This document shows, one piece after another, positions 26,615 through 36,373 of a stretch of 45,415 bases of DNA (its first letter is position 1; each line of letters opens with the position of its first letter). Source of the stretch: Chloroflexota bacterium (GTDB lineage: Bacteria > Chloroflexota > Anaerolineae > Anaerolineales > UBA4823); NCBI GenBank assembly GCA_030611505.1, contig JAUWPO010000003.1, positions 1 to 45,415 of the forward strand, written 5' to 3'. The notes below the pieces were generated by a model. It did no database searches. It was given only the letters and a program-made list of their open reading frames with translations, and had not been told where the DNA came from. Made by a program: the position numbers and the translations under genes.

Positions 26615-29446
26615 TCAATCTTCAGGTTCTTCGCTTTGGGGCCCTCTTACCGAGAGCGCTCTCCAGGATAAAGCGACCAGCAAACCGATAACAGTCCCGA
26701 ATAGAGTAATCAAGAAAACGCTCCTTGAAATGGAGCCACCGAGCAAACTTTGGCTGGTGGGTAGTTGGTAAGCAAGGTAAGAGTAAGCCAGCAAACCACT
26801 GATTAAAGCTAAAAAACCGGCACGGATGCCCCATTTAACATGTCCAATTAAAGCTGCCAATCGATAGGACGACCATGCTATTGCAATTGATATCAAGGTC
26901 GCCATGAGCCAATCGCTCAATCTTGTGTGATTAGATATTCCAGGTGGAGATGGAGGTTTCGTCGGTATTGGATTCGAAACTTTCGTGGGAAAGTTTGTGG
27001 GAGCTGTGGTAGCTTGAGTAGTTAATTCAGTAGGGGTGACTTCACCGTTGGGTGAGGGGACATCAAACTTCAAACTCGTTGATTTGGCTGGCTCGCTTTC
27101 AGCTTGGATTTCCAGATTGCCAGGTGATGAAACTGCAAAAGATGTTCTAGCGATGCCATCGACTGTGGTTTCCATCTGTTGAGTGATGCTTGCTTCACCA
27201 CTAACAGTCAGAACAAAATCCACTGGTGTTCCATCCGGGACAGGATTTCCATTATGGTCAAAAATCGTACCGGTTCGTACTGGAATTATATCGCCCACTC
27301 GAAATTCTGGGGGAGGTGTTGGCTCAGGAGTGGTTGCATCGTCGGTATTTTCAGGTTCTGGAACGTCAATTCCGAGAGGGATAATTTGCTCCGGATTTGG
27401 GAACAAAGCTGTATTTAGGTCATAATTAATTCCTGATATCGAGACTGGTGATGCACTTCCTGGCTGAATTTCATGGAATAAAAGGTAAGATGACAGGTCT
27501 ATAAATTGTGGAATTTTACTATAAAGACCATAATAGGCTGTTATTTTCGATATATTTGTGGCGTCTAAGAAATAGGGGGCATTGAAGGCGAATACGATTA
27601 AACGTTTTTGTTGGAATAGATCGGGGCGTTCGTTCAGAAACCGAATAAGTGTTTGGTACGATGGGACCTCGGTACTGTTATCCAACATCGCGAAAACGAT
27701 CCAATTACTACGTTGAAAATCATTCTGCAGTTGTGAGTCTTGCAAGCTGCCATCTAGCATACTTTCCAGGTTGGCGAGAGAATAGGATGAGAGATTGCTC
27801 TGCGTCACCTGTCCACCGGCAAGGGGCCCATATCTGCGTATCACAAATTCCTGTAAAGCCCTCACACCGAGAATCGGCTGCTCCGTGCATTGGCTGCATT
27901 GTTGTGTCGGGCGCGAATCGCTGATAAACACAATGCGGTCATTTTGATTGGGTGGGTCGGGAATCGTCTCATCCAGCTCGGCTTGAGAAGGACTAATTAA
28001 AGTAGCTCCTTGTCTAGCAACTTCAAAAACGATCTGGTCAGCCTCTTCTAATTCGATCGAAATATTGGGTTCAGCGATGATCTGATCTAAAGAATCTTTT
28101 CCGTACAATCTATATTTCAGGTTCAGAATTCGCAATACTGATTCATCTACACGTTGAGCGAATACGTTATCTTCACGATATTTTTGAGCAAAAAAATCAA
28201 GTGTACGTACAGTAGATGTATAAGAAACGGGATCGGTCTCAGAAGAAAAATCTGCCATGTAAAGTAGATCATTGCCAGCTAGAAATGCATTAAGCGCTAC
28301 ACGGCGGGGGTCGAAAGTCTGGCTGGTCAGTTCATAAAACCGGCGTACTGCCGGGCTGCCGAGATTATCGCTAATCATTACTCCCCCATTTTGACGCCAC
28401 GAATCTAAAATCGGCTGCTCCAGAAGCAAGTTCAGGGCTTGAGGATCTAGGCTGACAGGGCGAGTGGTTGCGCGAATATTGCCTTGCAGACCTTGATAGC
28501 GGATATGAGAAGTTAGCAGCGCATCTGTGGTTTCTTCTAGTGATAATGCGTCTCCTGTTACGGTGAAGAACGGGGCTAGGTCAAACGTAATCAATTCTTC
28601 TAAGGACTTTCGGACGGTAGCAACTTCATCCTCAGGTAAACGGTCGGCACCACCATGTCCGGGAAAGTGCTTAGCAACAACAACAACTCTTCCAGCACTG
28701 CCTGTGTGCACACCACGGATGTAGGCGCGTCCCATTTCTGCCACCCAATAGGGATCTCCGCCAAATGTCCGCGCCCCGAGGTCATTAGTTCCTTCAATTT
28801 GAGGGCTTTCCAATATGTCCAATGATGGTCCAAGCAGTAAATTTATGCCCACAGATGTCAGTTCGCTACCAAGGATTGTTCCTACTTCCGCTGCCAGTTC
28901 TGGGTTCCATGTAGCCCCGAGCGCCATGTGGTTAGGCAAGGGTGTCAACCCAAAAAGAACTTGATCATAAGGATAGCCATCTCCCTCCTGGGACATGCCG
29001 ATAAGGAGAGGAATATAGGATGGGACGAATATTTCTCCTGAAGTAGGATTTTCCTGGCTCTGCTGTGCAGCAGTCCATTCGGTTTTTTGGAGGTCGCGTG
29101 TTAAGGCTCGCAGTTGCAGGCCAGTATCATCAGGTGATTGGTTGACATGTGTCAGATTGTCGTTCTCGTCTAATATTACAACGCTGCCGATATGATAATT
29201 CATGATCAGGTCGTGGATTTGAGATTCTGGTCCAACGTCAGTACCAACGAATGTAATCATGAAGAGTTGACCGACCTTCTCTTCTGGGGTCAGGTTATTT
29301 AGAACTCCAGCTGCTTGAGATTCTGGTGTTGTTGTGACGGTCTGGGCAGCCACCTCAAATCCCGGCAAAGTCAGCACCAGGATGGATAACAAGACGATTA
29401 CAATCGAGATATTGACTTTGAAATTTCGGAACAATATCGACATCAT
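26615..29446 (-). CDS. Secreted, membrane-anchored GH3 (NagZ-like beta-N-acetylhexosaminidase family) protein with atypical active site
   Basis: Signal peptide; GH3 motifs LTPEEKVGQLF, SQEG, MALGAT, GINL.LGP.LD, RTFG, KHFPGHG, ISDNL and AGNDLL. Then an Ig-like region (D.NGNPVPDGTPV.F), a Pro/Thr linker and three C-terminal TM helices. Confidence 0.85.
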   Translation of the reverse strand: MMSILFRNFKVNISIVIVLLSILVLTLPGFEVAAQTVTTTPESQAAGVLNNLTPEEKVGQLFMITFVGTDVGPESQIHDLIMNYHIGSVVILDENDNLTHVNQSPDDTGLQLRALTRDLQKTEWTAAQQSQENPTSGEIFVPSYIPLLIGMSQEGDGYPYDQVLFGLTPLPNHMALGATWNPELAAEVGTILGSELTSVGINLLLGPSLDILESPQIEGTNDLGARTFGGDPYWVAEMGRAYIRGVHTGSAGRVVVVAKHFPGHGGADRLPEDEVATVRKSLEELITFDLAPFFTVTGDALSLEETTDALLTSHIRYQGLQGNIRATTRPVSLDPQALNLLLEQPILDSWRQNGGVMISDNLGSPAVRRFYELTSQTFDPRRVALNAFLAGNDLLYMADFSSETDPVSYTSTVRTLDFFAQKYREDNVFAQRVDESVLRILNLKYRLYGKDSLDQIIAEPNISIELEEADQIVFEVARQGATLISPSQAELDETIPDPPNQNDRIVFISDSRPTQQCSQCTEQPILGVRALQEFVIRRYGPLAGGQVTQSNLSSYSLANLESMLDGSLQDSQLQNDFQRSNWIVFAMLDNSTEVPSYQTLIRFLNERPDLFQQKRLIVFAFNAPYFLDATNISKITAYYGLYSKIPQFIDLSSYLLFHEIQPGSASPVSISGINYDLNTALFPNPEQIIPLGIDVPEPENTDDATTPEPTPPPEFRVGDIIPVRTGTIFDHNGNPVPDGTPVDFVLTVSGEASITQQMETTVDGIARTSFAVSSPGNLEIQAESEPAKSTSLKFDVPSPNGEVTPTELTTQATTAPTNFPTKVSNPIPTKPPSPPGISNHTRLSDWLMATLISIAIAWSSYRLAALIGHVKWGIRAGFLALISGLLAYSYLAYQLPTSQSLLGGSISRSVFLITLFGTVIGLLVALSWRALSVRGPQSEEPED

Positions 29447-29476
29447 ATTAATTTCGGTAGAATGCCTGTAATATCA

Positions 29477-30325
29477 TTAATGAAGGATGTCATTTGAATA
29501 CGATTCAGCCTGGACAATTTTCCGGAGCAATTTCCTGCGAGTGGCACCGCTGAGCATCTCCAGTCTCCGTATGCCTGATGGGTCGATCTTTTCACGAAGC
29601 AAGTGGATTTCTTCTTCTGTGGGCGTGGGGGTCTCATGGACGTCCGGAGAAATTTCAAATTCGAAACCCGTTCGGGCTTTTATATGAGTGATGGTCACAC
29701 CAGGATGATAAGTGGTCAGGCGCATAAGGGATTTGTGCGGTGGTTGACCACCTTTGAAGTCAAACTCCCCAAGATCTGTGACAAGGTACTTAGGTCCTTC
29801 CCCAAATTTTCGAGCGGGGTTATGACCCAAGCCGGACAAAAAATCCAATTTAGGTACAAAAGTTAAGCGCGAGTGGCGGGGGACATAGAGATATATATCG
29901 TTGATAATCGGAGTCAAATCAGGGATACCGCCAGTTCCAGGAAGACGAAGGCGGGGCTTCTTGTAATCTTTGCCAAAAGCAATATTGTTGAAATTACCAT
30001 GTGGATCGATTTGAGCTGGGCGGAAGAATTCTTTTGGACGCAGGCAGGGCAGAATATCGGCAGCAGCACGTACAAATCCTACGTTTATCAGAGAGTGATC
30101 CAGCCAAAGACTCTCCACTTTGGTCAGGCTTAACGGCGCTGGCTGCCGACATATGCCTTGTCCTATTGCGGACACAAAGTAGAGGTTCGGTGCGTGAGTG
30201 TATCGTGCTAACAAGTAAGCAGCTGCAATCAATGGAGTGGCAAGACCTTGAGCTACAATCTCGCCGTTGACAATCTGACGTGATATGCAGATTGCCATGT
30301 ATTCGTCGCGGGTGATTTCCATCAT
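29477..30325 (-). CDS. Family I CoA-transferase beta-subunit-like protein (GctB/PcaJ/IpdB-like)
   Basis: Motifs AAYLLAR.THAPNL, AQID.HGNFN, RLPGTGG.PD, FVPKLDF.SG, GP.YLVTDLG.FDF and HPGVT...I...TGF..P.PTEEE..LLR. Likely start ATG 30325. Confidence 0.85.
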   Translation of the reverse strand: MMEITRDEYMAICISRQIVNGEIVAQGLATPLIAAAYLLARYTHAPNLYFVSAIGQGICRQPAPLSLTKVESLWLDHSLINVGFVRAAADILPCLRPKEFFRPAQIDPHGNFNNIAFGKDYKKPRLRLPGTGGIPDLTPIINDIYLYVPRHSRLTFVPKLDFLSGLGHNPARKFGEGPKYLVTDLGEFDFKGGQPPHKSLMRLTTYHPGVTITHIKARTGFEFEISPDVHETPTPTEEEIHLLREKIDPSGIRRLEMLSGATRRKLLRKIVQAESYSNDILH

Positions 30326-30402
30326 ATTACTACAAGTCCTAATAGACAAAATCAATCTGAATATCACATTATATGACGTCTTTGGATAAGACGCGTTGAT
30401 TA

Positions 30403-31158
30403 TTAATAATTTCTAACCCCGAAAATTTGTTTTGCCAAGATTGGATCGTCAGTAAAAATCCCATCAACGCCCATAGTGAACATACGGTAGATATCTTCTT
30501 CTCGATTTACGGTGTATACGAATAATTTCTTCCCTTTTGCTTGTGTTCTTCTTACTAGCTCTGTTGTAACATCAATCTGTTTACTGTGTAAGCTGCTGTA
30601 AGGTATTAGTTTTCCGATAAAAGAACGAGCCCAAGCGCCGCCTTTGCCCGGTAGGGACAGGAGACCGATTGGGACTTCAGGCAGCAAGCGGTAGATTCGA
30701 ATCAAGGCGATAGGATTAAAGGATGAGAGTAAAATTCTATGTCTTAGATTATAGTTATTGATCAAATCAGCCACTTTCTCAGGTAGATTGTCGGTAATTT
30801 TATCGTAGTTCGTTAATTCAATGTTGAGAAAGGATCGCTGACCGATATTGTCCAAGACTTCTGCAAGCGTAGGAATTTGTGATCCCTGAAAAGCGATATC
30901 GAAATGGCTACCGGCATCTAGAGATTTTAATACTTCTAAAGAAAGTTCTCCCACTCGACCATGTTCTCCTGTAGTGCGATCAATGGTTTGGTCGTGAATG
31001 ACAACGACCTGTCCATCGGCACTTAGTTTCACGTCAAGCTCAATCGCATCAGCTCCCTGGAGAATCGCAAGCTGGAAGGCAGGGAGAGTGTTTTCGGGTG
31101 CGTATAGGCTGGCACCACGGTGGGCGATTATTGCTGGTTTTGGTAGTTGATAGAGCAT
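30403..31158 (-). CDS. Glycerophosphodiester phosphodiesterase (GlpQ/UgpQ family)
   Basis: Motifs IIAHRGAS..APENTL.AF, IELDV.LS.DG..VVIHD.T.DRT and GVDGIFTDDP. Confidence 0.95.
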   Translation of the reverse strand: MLYQLPKPAIIAHRGASLYAPENTLPAFQLAILQGADAIELDVKLSADGQVVVIHDQTIDRTTGEHGRVGELSLEVLKSLDAGSHFDIAFQGSQIPTLAEVLDNIGQRSFLNIELTNYDKITDNLPEKVADLINNYNLRHRILLSSFNPIALIRIYRLLPEVPIGLLSLPGKGGAWARSFIGKLIPYSSLHSKQIDVTTELVRRTQAKGKKLFVYTVNREEDIYRMFTMGVDGIFTDDPILAKQIFGVRNY

Positions 31159-31216
31159 TGCTGTAACAAGAATAATAAATTAGATTATAACTCAAGGGAT
31201 TTTTATCTTAATTGGA

Positions 31217-31246
31217 TTGATCTAAACCTGATGTACAAGGTATAAT
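31217..31246 (+). promoter_or_regulatory. Sigma70-type promoter, probably leaderless, for the GT2 gene
   Basis: TTGATC (31217-22), 18 nt, TATAAT (31241-46). ATG 31254 is only 7 nt downstream. Confidence 0.6.
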
Positions 31247-31253
31247 CCAGGAC

Positions 31254-31937
31254 ATGGCACTTAGTGTGATTATCCCAGTTTATAATGAAAAAAACACAAT
31301 CAACGAAATTTTAATTCGCGTGCAGGCAATGGATATGGTTGATGAAATAATTGTAATTGATGATGGTTCCATTGATGGCACTCGAGAAATCCTTCAGGAG
31401 ATGGATGGGGTTGGACCTATTAGGGTCGTATATCACGAGAAAAATCAGGGTAAAGGTGCAGCAGTTGTAACAGGTATCAAGAATTCGGAAGGGGATGTGA
31501 TCTTAATCCAAGATGCTGACCTTGAGTACGACCCGCGCGATTACCCGGAACTATTAAAGCCGATTGAGGAGGAAATCGCCGATGTTGTGTATGGTTCACG
31601 TTTTCTAGGGGGACCTCGTCGACCAACAATGTTCTGGCATATGGTTGCAAATAAAATGCTAACCTTGATGACCAATATCCTGTACGACAACATACTTACG
31701 GATATGGAAACCGGTTATAAAGTTTTCCGTCGCGACGTTGTTCGTGATATGACCATCCATGCTCGTCGGTTTGATTTTGAGCCTGAGTTTACGGCTAAAA
31801 TCATGAAGCGAAAAGTGCGAATTTTTGAAGTCCCGATCTGCTTTAATCCACGTGACTACGATGAGGGGAAGAAAATTAAGTTGAAAGATGCTGTTCAGGC
31901 AGTTTGGACCCTAATTAAATACCGTTTTGTGGATTGA
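31254..31937 (+). CDS. GT2 glycosyltransferase, polyprenol-phosphate sugar synthase (DPM1/GtrB-like)
   Basis: Motifs SVIIPVYNE, IDDGS.DGT, NQGKGAA, QDADLEYDP, VYGSRF and TDMETGYK. Confidence 0.93.
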   Translation: MALSVIIPVYNEKNTINEILIRVQAMDMVDEIIVIDDGSIDGTREILQEMDGVGPIRVVYHEKNQGKGAAVVTGIKNSEGDVILIQDADLEYDPRDYPELLKPIEEEIADVVYGSRFLGGPRRPTMFWHMVANKMLTLMTNILYDNILTDMETGYKVFRRDVVRDMTIHARRFDFEPEFTAKIMKRKVRIFEVPICFNPRDYDEGKKIKLKDAVQAVWTLIKYRFVD

Positions 31938-31948
31938 TTCCGATTAAT

Positions 31949-33670
31949 TTATACGGCTGGTTTCAAGTCCTTGATGTTTAATTGGAGGGTTCTGCGACCG
32001 TTGTACTCATTGACTTCAAAAGTGTAAATGACATCAATGCTACCCGGCATTTGTTCATACCAGTGACCTTGCCTGAAGGCGATAGCATCGAATGTGAATG
32101 TGCCATCTGTTAGGGTAAGTTTGAGATGTGATTTTTCTCTACCAACGGGTCGACTTCTAATAACCTTGACATTATAAGAGACGAAATGCGCTGGTGGATT
32201 GCTTTGACCAGTTGGTTGCAGCAAGTTTAGATGCTCAATAAGTTCGGGTTTCAATTCCGAGAAAGTGACTTCTATATCTGCATTGATAGTTGGGCACAGG
32301 TCCAAATGAGATAGCTCTTCTTCGGCAATCGTTTTCACTCGTTCCTTGAGTTCCGGTACACGCATATTAGATACTGTAAATCCAGCAGCAGCAGAGTGCC
32401 CACCGTATCGCACCAATAAATCGGAGCATTGATCTAGAGCGTTAGTTATATGAAATTCTGGTATGCTACGGCAGGAGCCGCGGGAGAATTCATCACCTCT
32501 TGTGGCAACAATTGAGGGGCGGTAATACTTTTCGGTTAAGCGCGAAGCTGCTAATCCGACTACACCGGGATTGAAGTTGGGATGAGCCGCAAATAAAAGC
32601 AGTGCATTAGGATCCTCCGCCATAACAATTTCTTCAGCAGAAGACTGAATGTCTCTGGTGAGTTTCTGGCGTTCACGATTTTGATTGTCTAACTGCTGGG
32701 CGAGTACTCCCGCCTCGTAAATATCCTCACTAAGAAGCAGATTGAGGGAGGTTAGTGCTGTATCGAGCCTGCCAGCGGCATTTAATCTAGGTCCGAGAAC
32801 ATAACCTATTGTACTGGCAGTTATATTGTTGATGTTTACTCCTGCGACGCCGATCAATGCCATTATTCCTTGGCGTCTGGGTGAGCGCATATGTTCCAAG
32901 CCAGCTCTGACCAGGGCTCTGTTTTCACCAACCAGTGGAGCTAAGTCTGCGACTGTCCCTAATGTAACCAGATCAAGGTAGTCGCCTTCGGATGGGGGCG
33001 ACATTCCAATATGAGATTTCATCGTTCTTAAAGTTGTAGGGTTGTTCATGGCGGCGATTAACTTATATGCCAGACCTACCCCCGCCAGATCTTTTTCTGG
33101 ATATCGATCATGGGGTTGTTTGGGGTTGATGATAGCTTGCGCTGCAGGTAGTTCAGAACTGGGTTGATGATGATCCGTGATAATCAGGTCCATACCTAAC
33201 CGTCGTGCATGGTCAACCTCTAACAGGGAACGGATACCACAATCAACTGTGATCACCAACCGTATACCACCTTCATGTAGTTTGTCTAACGCTTCAATGT
33301 TTAACCCGTAACCTTCATCAAAGCGATTTGGGATATAACCCAGAACATCCGCCCCCATAAATTTCAGTGCATGAGATAATAATGCCGTTGCGGTTACACC
33401 ATCAACGTCGAAATCACCATAAATGGCTATTTGTTCTTTATTCTTAACTCCCCAGATAATCCTCTCAACAGCTTGAGGGATCCCTAGTAAATCGTATGCA
33501 TCTGTGCCTATAGGCGTTTGAGCCTGTACGTACCTGACTGCATCGTCTTGTGTTGTGTAACCCCGGTTGTAGAGCAATTGGCGCATAATTGGATGAAATC
33601 CATCCAAGTTTTTTTCAATTTTGGATGGGATAGTTTCAGCAATTATCCAGCGTTTTGTGAGCATTGACAT
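31949..33670 (-). CDS. recJ: Single-stranded-DNA-specific exonuclease RecJ
   Basis: Motifs GDFDVDG, ITVDCG, TDHH, LGTVADL.PL.GENR, PRLNAAGR, GSCRS and GGH..AAG. Start probably ATG 33670 or 33664. Confidence 0.97.
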   Translation of the reverse strand: MSMLTKRWIIAETIPSKIEKNLDGFHPIMRQLLYNRGYTTQDDAVRYVQAQTPIGTDAYDLLGIPQAVERIIWGVKNKEQIAIYGDFDVDGVTATALLSHALKFMGADVLGYIPNRFDEGYGLNIEALDKLHEGGIRLVITVDCGIRSLLEVDHARRLGMDLIITDHHQPSSELPAAQAIINPKQPHDRYPEKDLAGVGLAYKLIAAMNNPTTLRTMKSHIGMSPPSEGDYLDLVTLGTVADLAPLVGENRALVRAGLEHMRSPRRQGIMALIGVAGVNINNITASTIGYVLGPRLNAAGRLDTALTSLNLLLSEDIYEAGVLAQQLDNQNRERQKLTRDIQSSAEEIVMAEDPNALLLFAAHPNFNPGVVGLAASRLTEKYYRPSIVATRGDEFSRGSCRSIPEFHITNALDQCSDLLVRYGGHSAAAGFTVSNMRVPELKERVKTIAEEELSHLDLCPTINADIEVTFSELKPELIEHLNLLQPTGQSNPPAHFVSYNVKVIRSRPVGREKSHLKLTLTDGTFTFDAIAFRQGHWYEQMPGSIDVIYTFEVNEYNGRRTLQLNIKDLKPAV

Positions 33671-33814
33671 GGTAATGCACTCGTATGTAGTAAAAAACGG
33701 GAAAAATATTTTCAAATAATATGAGAATTACAGAACATTTTCAGGCTCGTTCCAACGAGTATAGTATAGAACAAAAACCGACCAATTTCCCAAAATGATA
33801 ATCTGGTTTACACG

Positions 33815-35182
33815 TTGACGAGACAAAAAAAGACTGCTATCATCTCCGCAAGTATGAAGGAACAGAAACGCTGGTACCAACGCTTAAGCGGCAATATCTC
33901 AAATTACACCTTCTGGTTTATTCCTGGCGTTGGTGTAAAACGCTGGATTATTGTAATCCTTTTTGGAACAACACTGATAGGGATAGGGCTTGCGGTTCTG
34001 ATATTAGAAGTTTACCGCACCGCCCCTGAGACATGGTGGCTGCCATTATTATCAGTAGCCTCCCTTCAGTCCCTGGTTCGACCACTCCGAGCAGTCATAT
34101 TTGGCGGATTGGGATTAGGCTTTATTATTATCGGCATACGCGAGTTAAATCGCTCACTGATGAAGCCATTTATCCATCCGGGGCGCGGGTTTGTCGACAC
34201 ACTGCGAACCCACCGGCAGAAAGAACGTGGACCTCGTGTTGTCGCAATTGGTGGGGGGCATGGACTGTCCACAATGCTGCGGGGCATGAAAGGATTTTCT
34301 CATAATATTACTGCAGTGGTAACAGTCGCAGATGATGGCGGATCTTCAGGTCGATTACGCCGTGATATGGGAATTTTACCTCCAGGAGACATTCGCAACT
34401 GTCTGGTTGCTCTTTCGAATGATGAAGCTCTCCTGGGAGAGCTCTTTCAATACCGCTTTCCAGATGGTAATTCCGGATTAGATGGACATTCTTTCGGCAA
34501 TCTATTTATCACTGCTCTGGCAGAGATAACGGGTAGTATTGAGGAAGCAGTAGCCGAGTCGGGAAGAGTCCTGGCGGTCTATGGGCGCGTATTACCTTCC
34601 ACGCTGAATAACGTGCAGTTGGTTGCTGATGTAATGCTCCCACATATGGTCAGCGAGCTTCGTATTGAAGGGGAAAGCCAGATTCCGAAAAGCAATGGCA
34701 AGGTCCGGAGAGTGTGGTTGGAGCCCAATAATCCTCCCGCTTTCCCTGAAGCGATAAAAGCAATCCTATCTGCTGATTTGATCCTAATTGGTCCGGGAAG
34801 TTTGTATACAAGTATCCTACCGAATTTGCTTGTACCCGATTTTTCAGAAGCGATTCGTGCCAGTAAGGCTCATACATTCTACATTTGCAATGTTGCCACT
34901 CAGCCAGGAGAGACTGATGGATTCACTTGCGGTGATCATATACATGCCATTGAAGAGCACGCGGATGAAGGTTTATTCGATATGGTGATAATCAATAATA
35001 ATAATGAGGGAAAACTGCCTCAGAACGTAGATTGGGTTGCTGCCGAACCGGAATTGGATCAAGAGTATGCCACATATAGCGCCGACATAATCGATACACT
35101 TCATCCATGGCGTCATGATTCGAAGAAATTGGCTCAAGTAATCATGGATTTATATCAAGATCGTACTGGTCCTTTGGTATAA
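33815..35182 (+). CDS. yvcK: YvcK/GlmR (UPF0052) UDP-GlcNAc-binding 'gluconeogenesis factor' with N-terminal TM segments
   Basis: Motifs VAIGGGHGLS, TVADDGGSSGRLR, PPGDIRNCL, HSFGNL, GPGSLYTS and NVATQPGET. Two hydrophobic segments lie before the domain. Start uncertain (TTG 33815 or ATG 33854). Confidence 0.92.
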   Translation: MTRQKKTAIISASMKEQKRWYQRLSGNISNYTFWFIPGVGVKRWIIVILFGTTLIGIGLAVLILEVYRTAPETWWLPLLSVASLQSLVRPLRAVIFGGLGLGFIIIGIRELNRSLMKPFIHPGRGFVDTLRTHRQKERGPRVVAIGGGHGLSTMLRGMKGFSHNITAVVTVADDGGSSGRLRRDMGILPPGDIRNCLVALSNDEALLGELFQYRFPDGNSGLDGHSFGNLFITALAEITGSIEEAVAESGRVLAVYGRVLPSTLNNVQLVADVMLPHMVSELRIEGESQIPKSNGKVRRVWLEPNNPPAFPEAIKAILSADLILIGPGSLYTSILPNLLVPDFSEAIRASKAHTFYICNVATQPGETDGFTCGDHIHAIEEHADEGLFDMVIINNNNEGKLPQNVDWVAAEPELDQEYATYSADIIDTLHPWRHDSKKLAQVIMDLYQDRTGPLV

Positions 35183-35315
35183 TAAGTAGTCGGGAACCTA
35201 ATAAATTCCAGATAAAACTTTAAACCGCAGTTTATACAAAGTTTATTCATGTATATTAAAAGAGTAGTTTCGAACTGACGATAATCAAACTAACAAGTGT
35301 TTAACGGAGGTATTC

Positions 35316-36338
35316 ATGACAGTAAAAGTAGGTATTAACGGGTTCGGTCGCATTGGACGGCAGGTGTTAAAAGCGATTCAGGATGAGTATCCTAAAGAGT
35401 TAGAAGTAGTTGCATTTAACGACATCGGTGATCTTAAAACGATGGCTCATTTGTTTAAATATGACTCTAACTATGGTATCTTTGAAGGTACCGTAGAAGT
35501 AGGGGATGGTGAACTGGTCGTAAATGGCAAATCGCTAAAAGCGTTCAGTGAAATGGACCCTGCGAATTTGCCCTGGAGCGACTTAGGTGTCGAGATTGTT
35601 GTGGAGGGCACCGGGTTCTTCCGCCAAAAAGAAGACGCCGAAAAACACATTACCGGAGGCGGTGCTAAGAAGGTCATAATCACCGCTCCTGGTAAGGGAG
35701 ATATTTTCACGGTAGTTTTAGGCGTCAATGATGACCAGTATGATCCTAAGAAGCACAATGTGATCTCTAATGCGTCATGTACTACCAACTGCCTAGCGCC
35801 CGCTGTAAAAGTGATCCATGATGAGTATAAGATCAAGCGCGGTTTTATGACGACGATCCATTCATATACGAATGATCAAAGGATACTTGACCTGCCTCAT
35901 AAAGATCTGCGGCGTGCCCGAGCAGCAGCATTGAGCATCATCCCAACCACAACAGGTGCTGCCAGTGCGTTAAAATTAGTTATCCCTGATCTTGCGGGCA
36001 AGGTGGATGGATATGCGTTGCGTGTACCCACTCCCACGGTTTCATTGGTTGATTTGACCGTTGAATTGGAAACCCCCACAACGACAGAAAGGCTGCATCA
36101 AGCATACCGGGATGCGGCTGCCGGTTCCATGAAGGGCATTCTTGATGCGGTTGATGAACCGCTGGTCAGCATGGATTATAAAGGCAATAGTTATAGCTCC
36201 TCCATTGACCTGCAGTTCACGACAGTGCTTGGAAGCGGGGAAGGGACACTTGTTAAGGTCGTTGCCTGGTATGACAACGAATGGGGTTATTCTGTACGCA
36301 CTGCGGATCTTGCTGCTATGATTGCGAAAGATCTTTAA
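35316..36338 (+). CDS. gap: Type I glyceraldehyde-3-phosphate dehydrogenase
   Basis: Motifs [22 protein letters not shown] and [16 protein letters not shown]. Confidence 0.98.
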   Translation: MTVKVGINGFGRIGRQVLKAIQDEYPKELEVVAFNDIGDLKTMAHLFKYDSNYGIFEGTVEVGDGELVVNGKSLKAFSEMDPANLPWSDLGVEIVVEGTGFFRQKEDAEKHITGGGAKKVIITAPGKGDIFTVVLGVNDDQYDPKKHNVISNASCTTNCLAPAVKVIHDEYKIKRGFMTTIHSYTNDQRILDLPHKDLRRARAAALSIIPTTTGAASALKLVIPDLAGKVDGYALRVPTPTVSLVDLTVELETPTTTERLHQAYRDAAAGSMKGILDAVDEPLVSMDYKGNSYSSSIDLQFTTVLGSGEGTLVKVVAWYDNEWGYSVRTADLAAMIAKDL

Positions 36339-36373
36339 TAAAGATATATAAAAGTGGAGAATTAGCTTTACTA

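Noticed and set aside
26935-27060. Low-complexity GGT/TGG-rich stretch as a DNA repeat
   Set aside because: It simply encodes the Pro/Thr linker of the GH3 protein on the minus strand.
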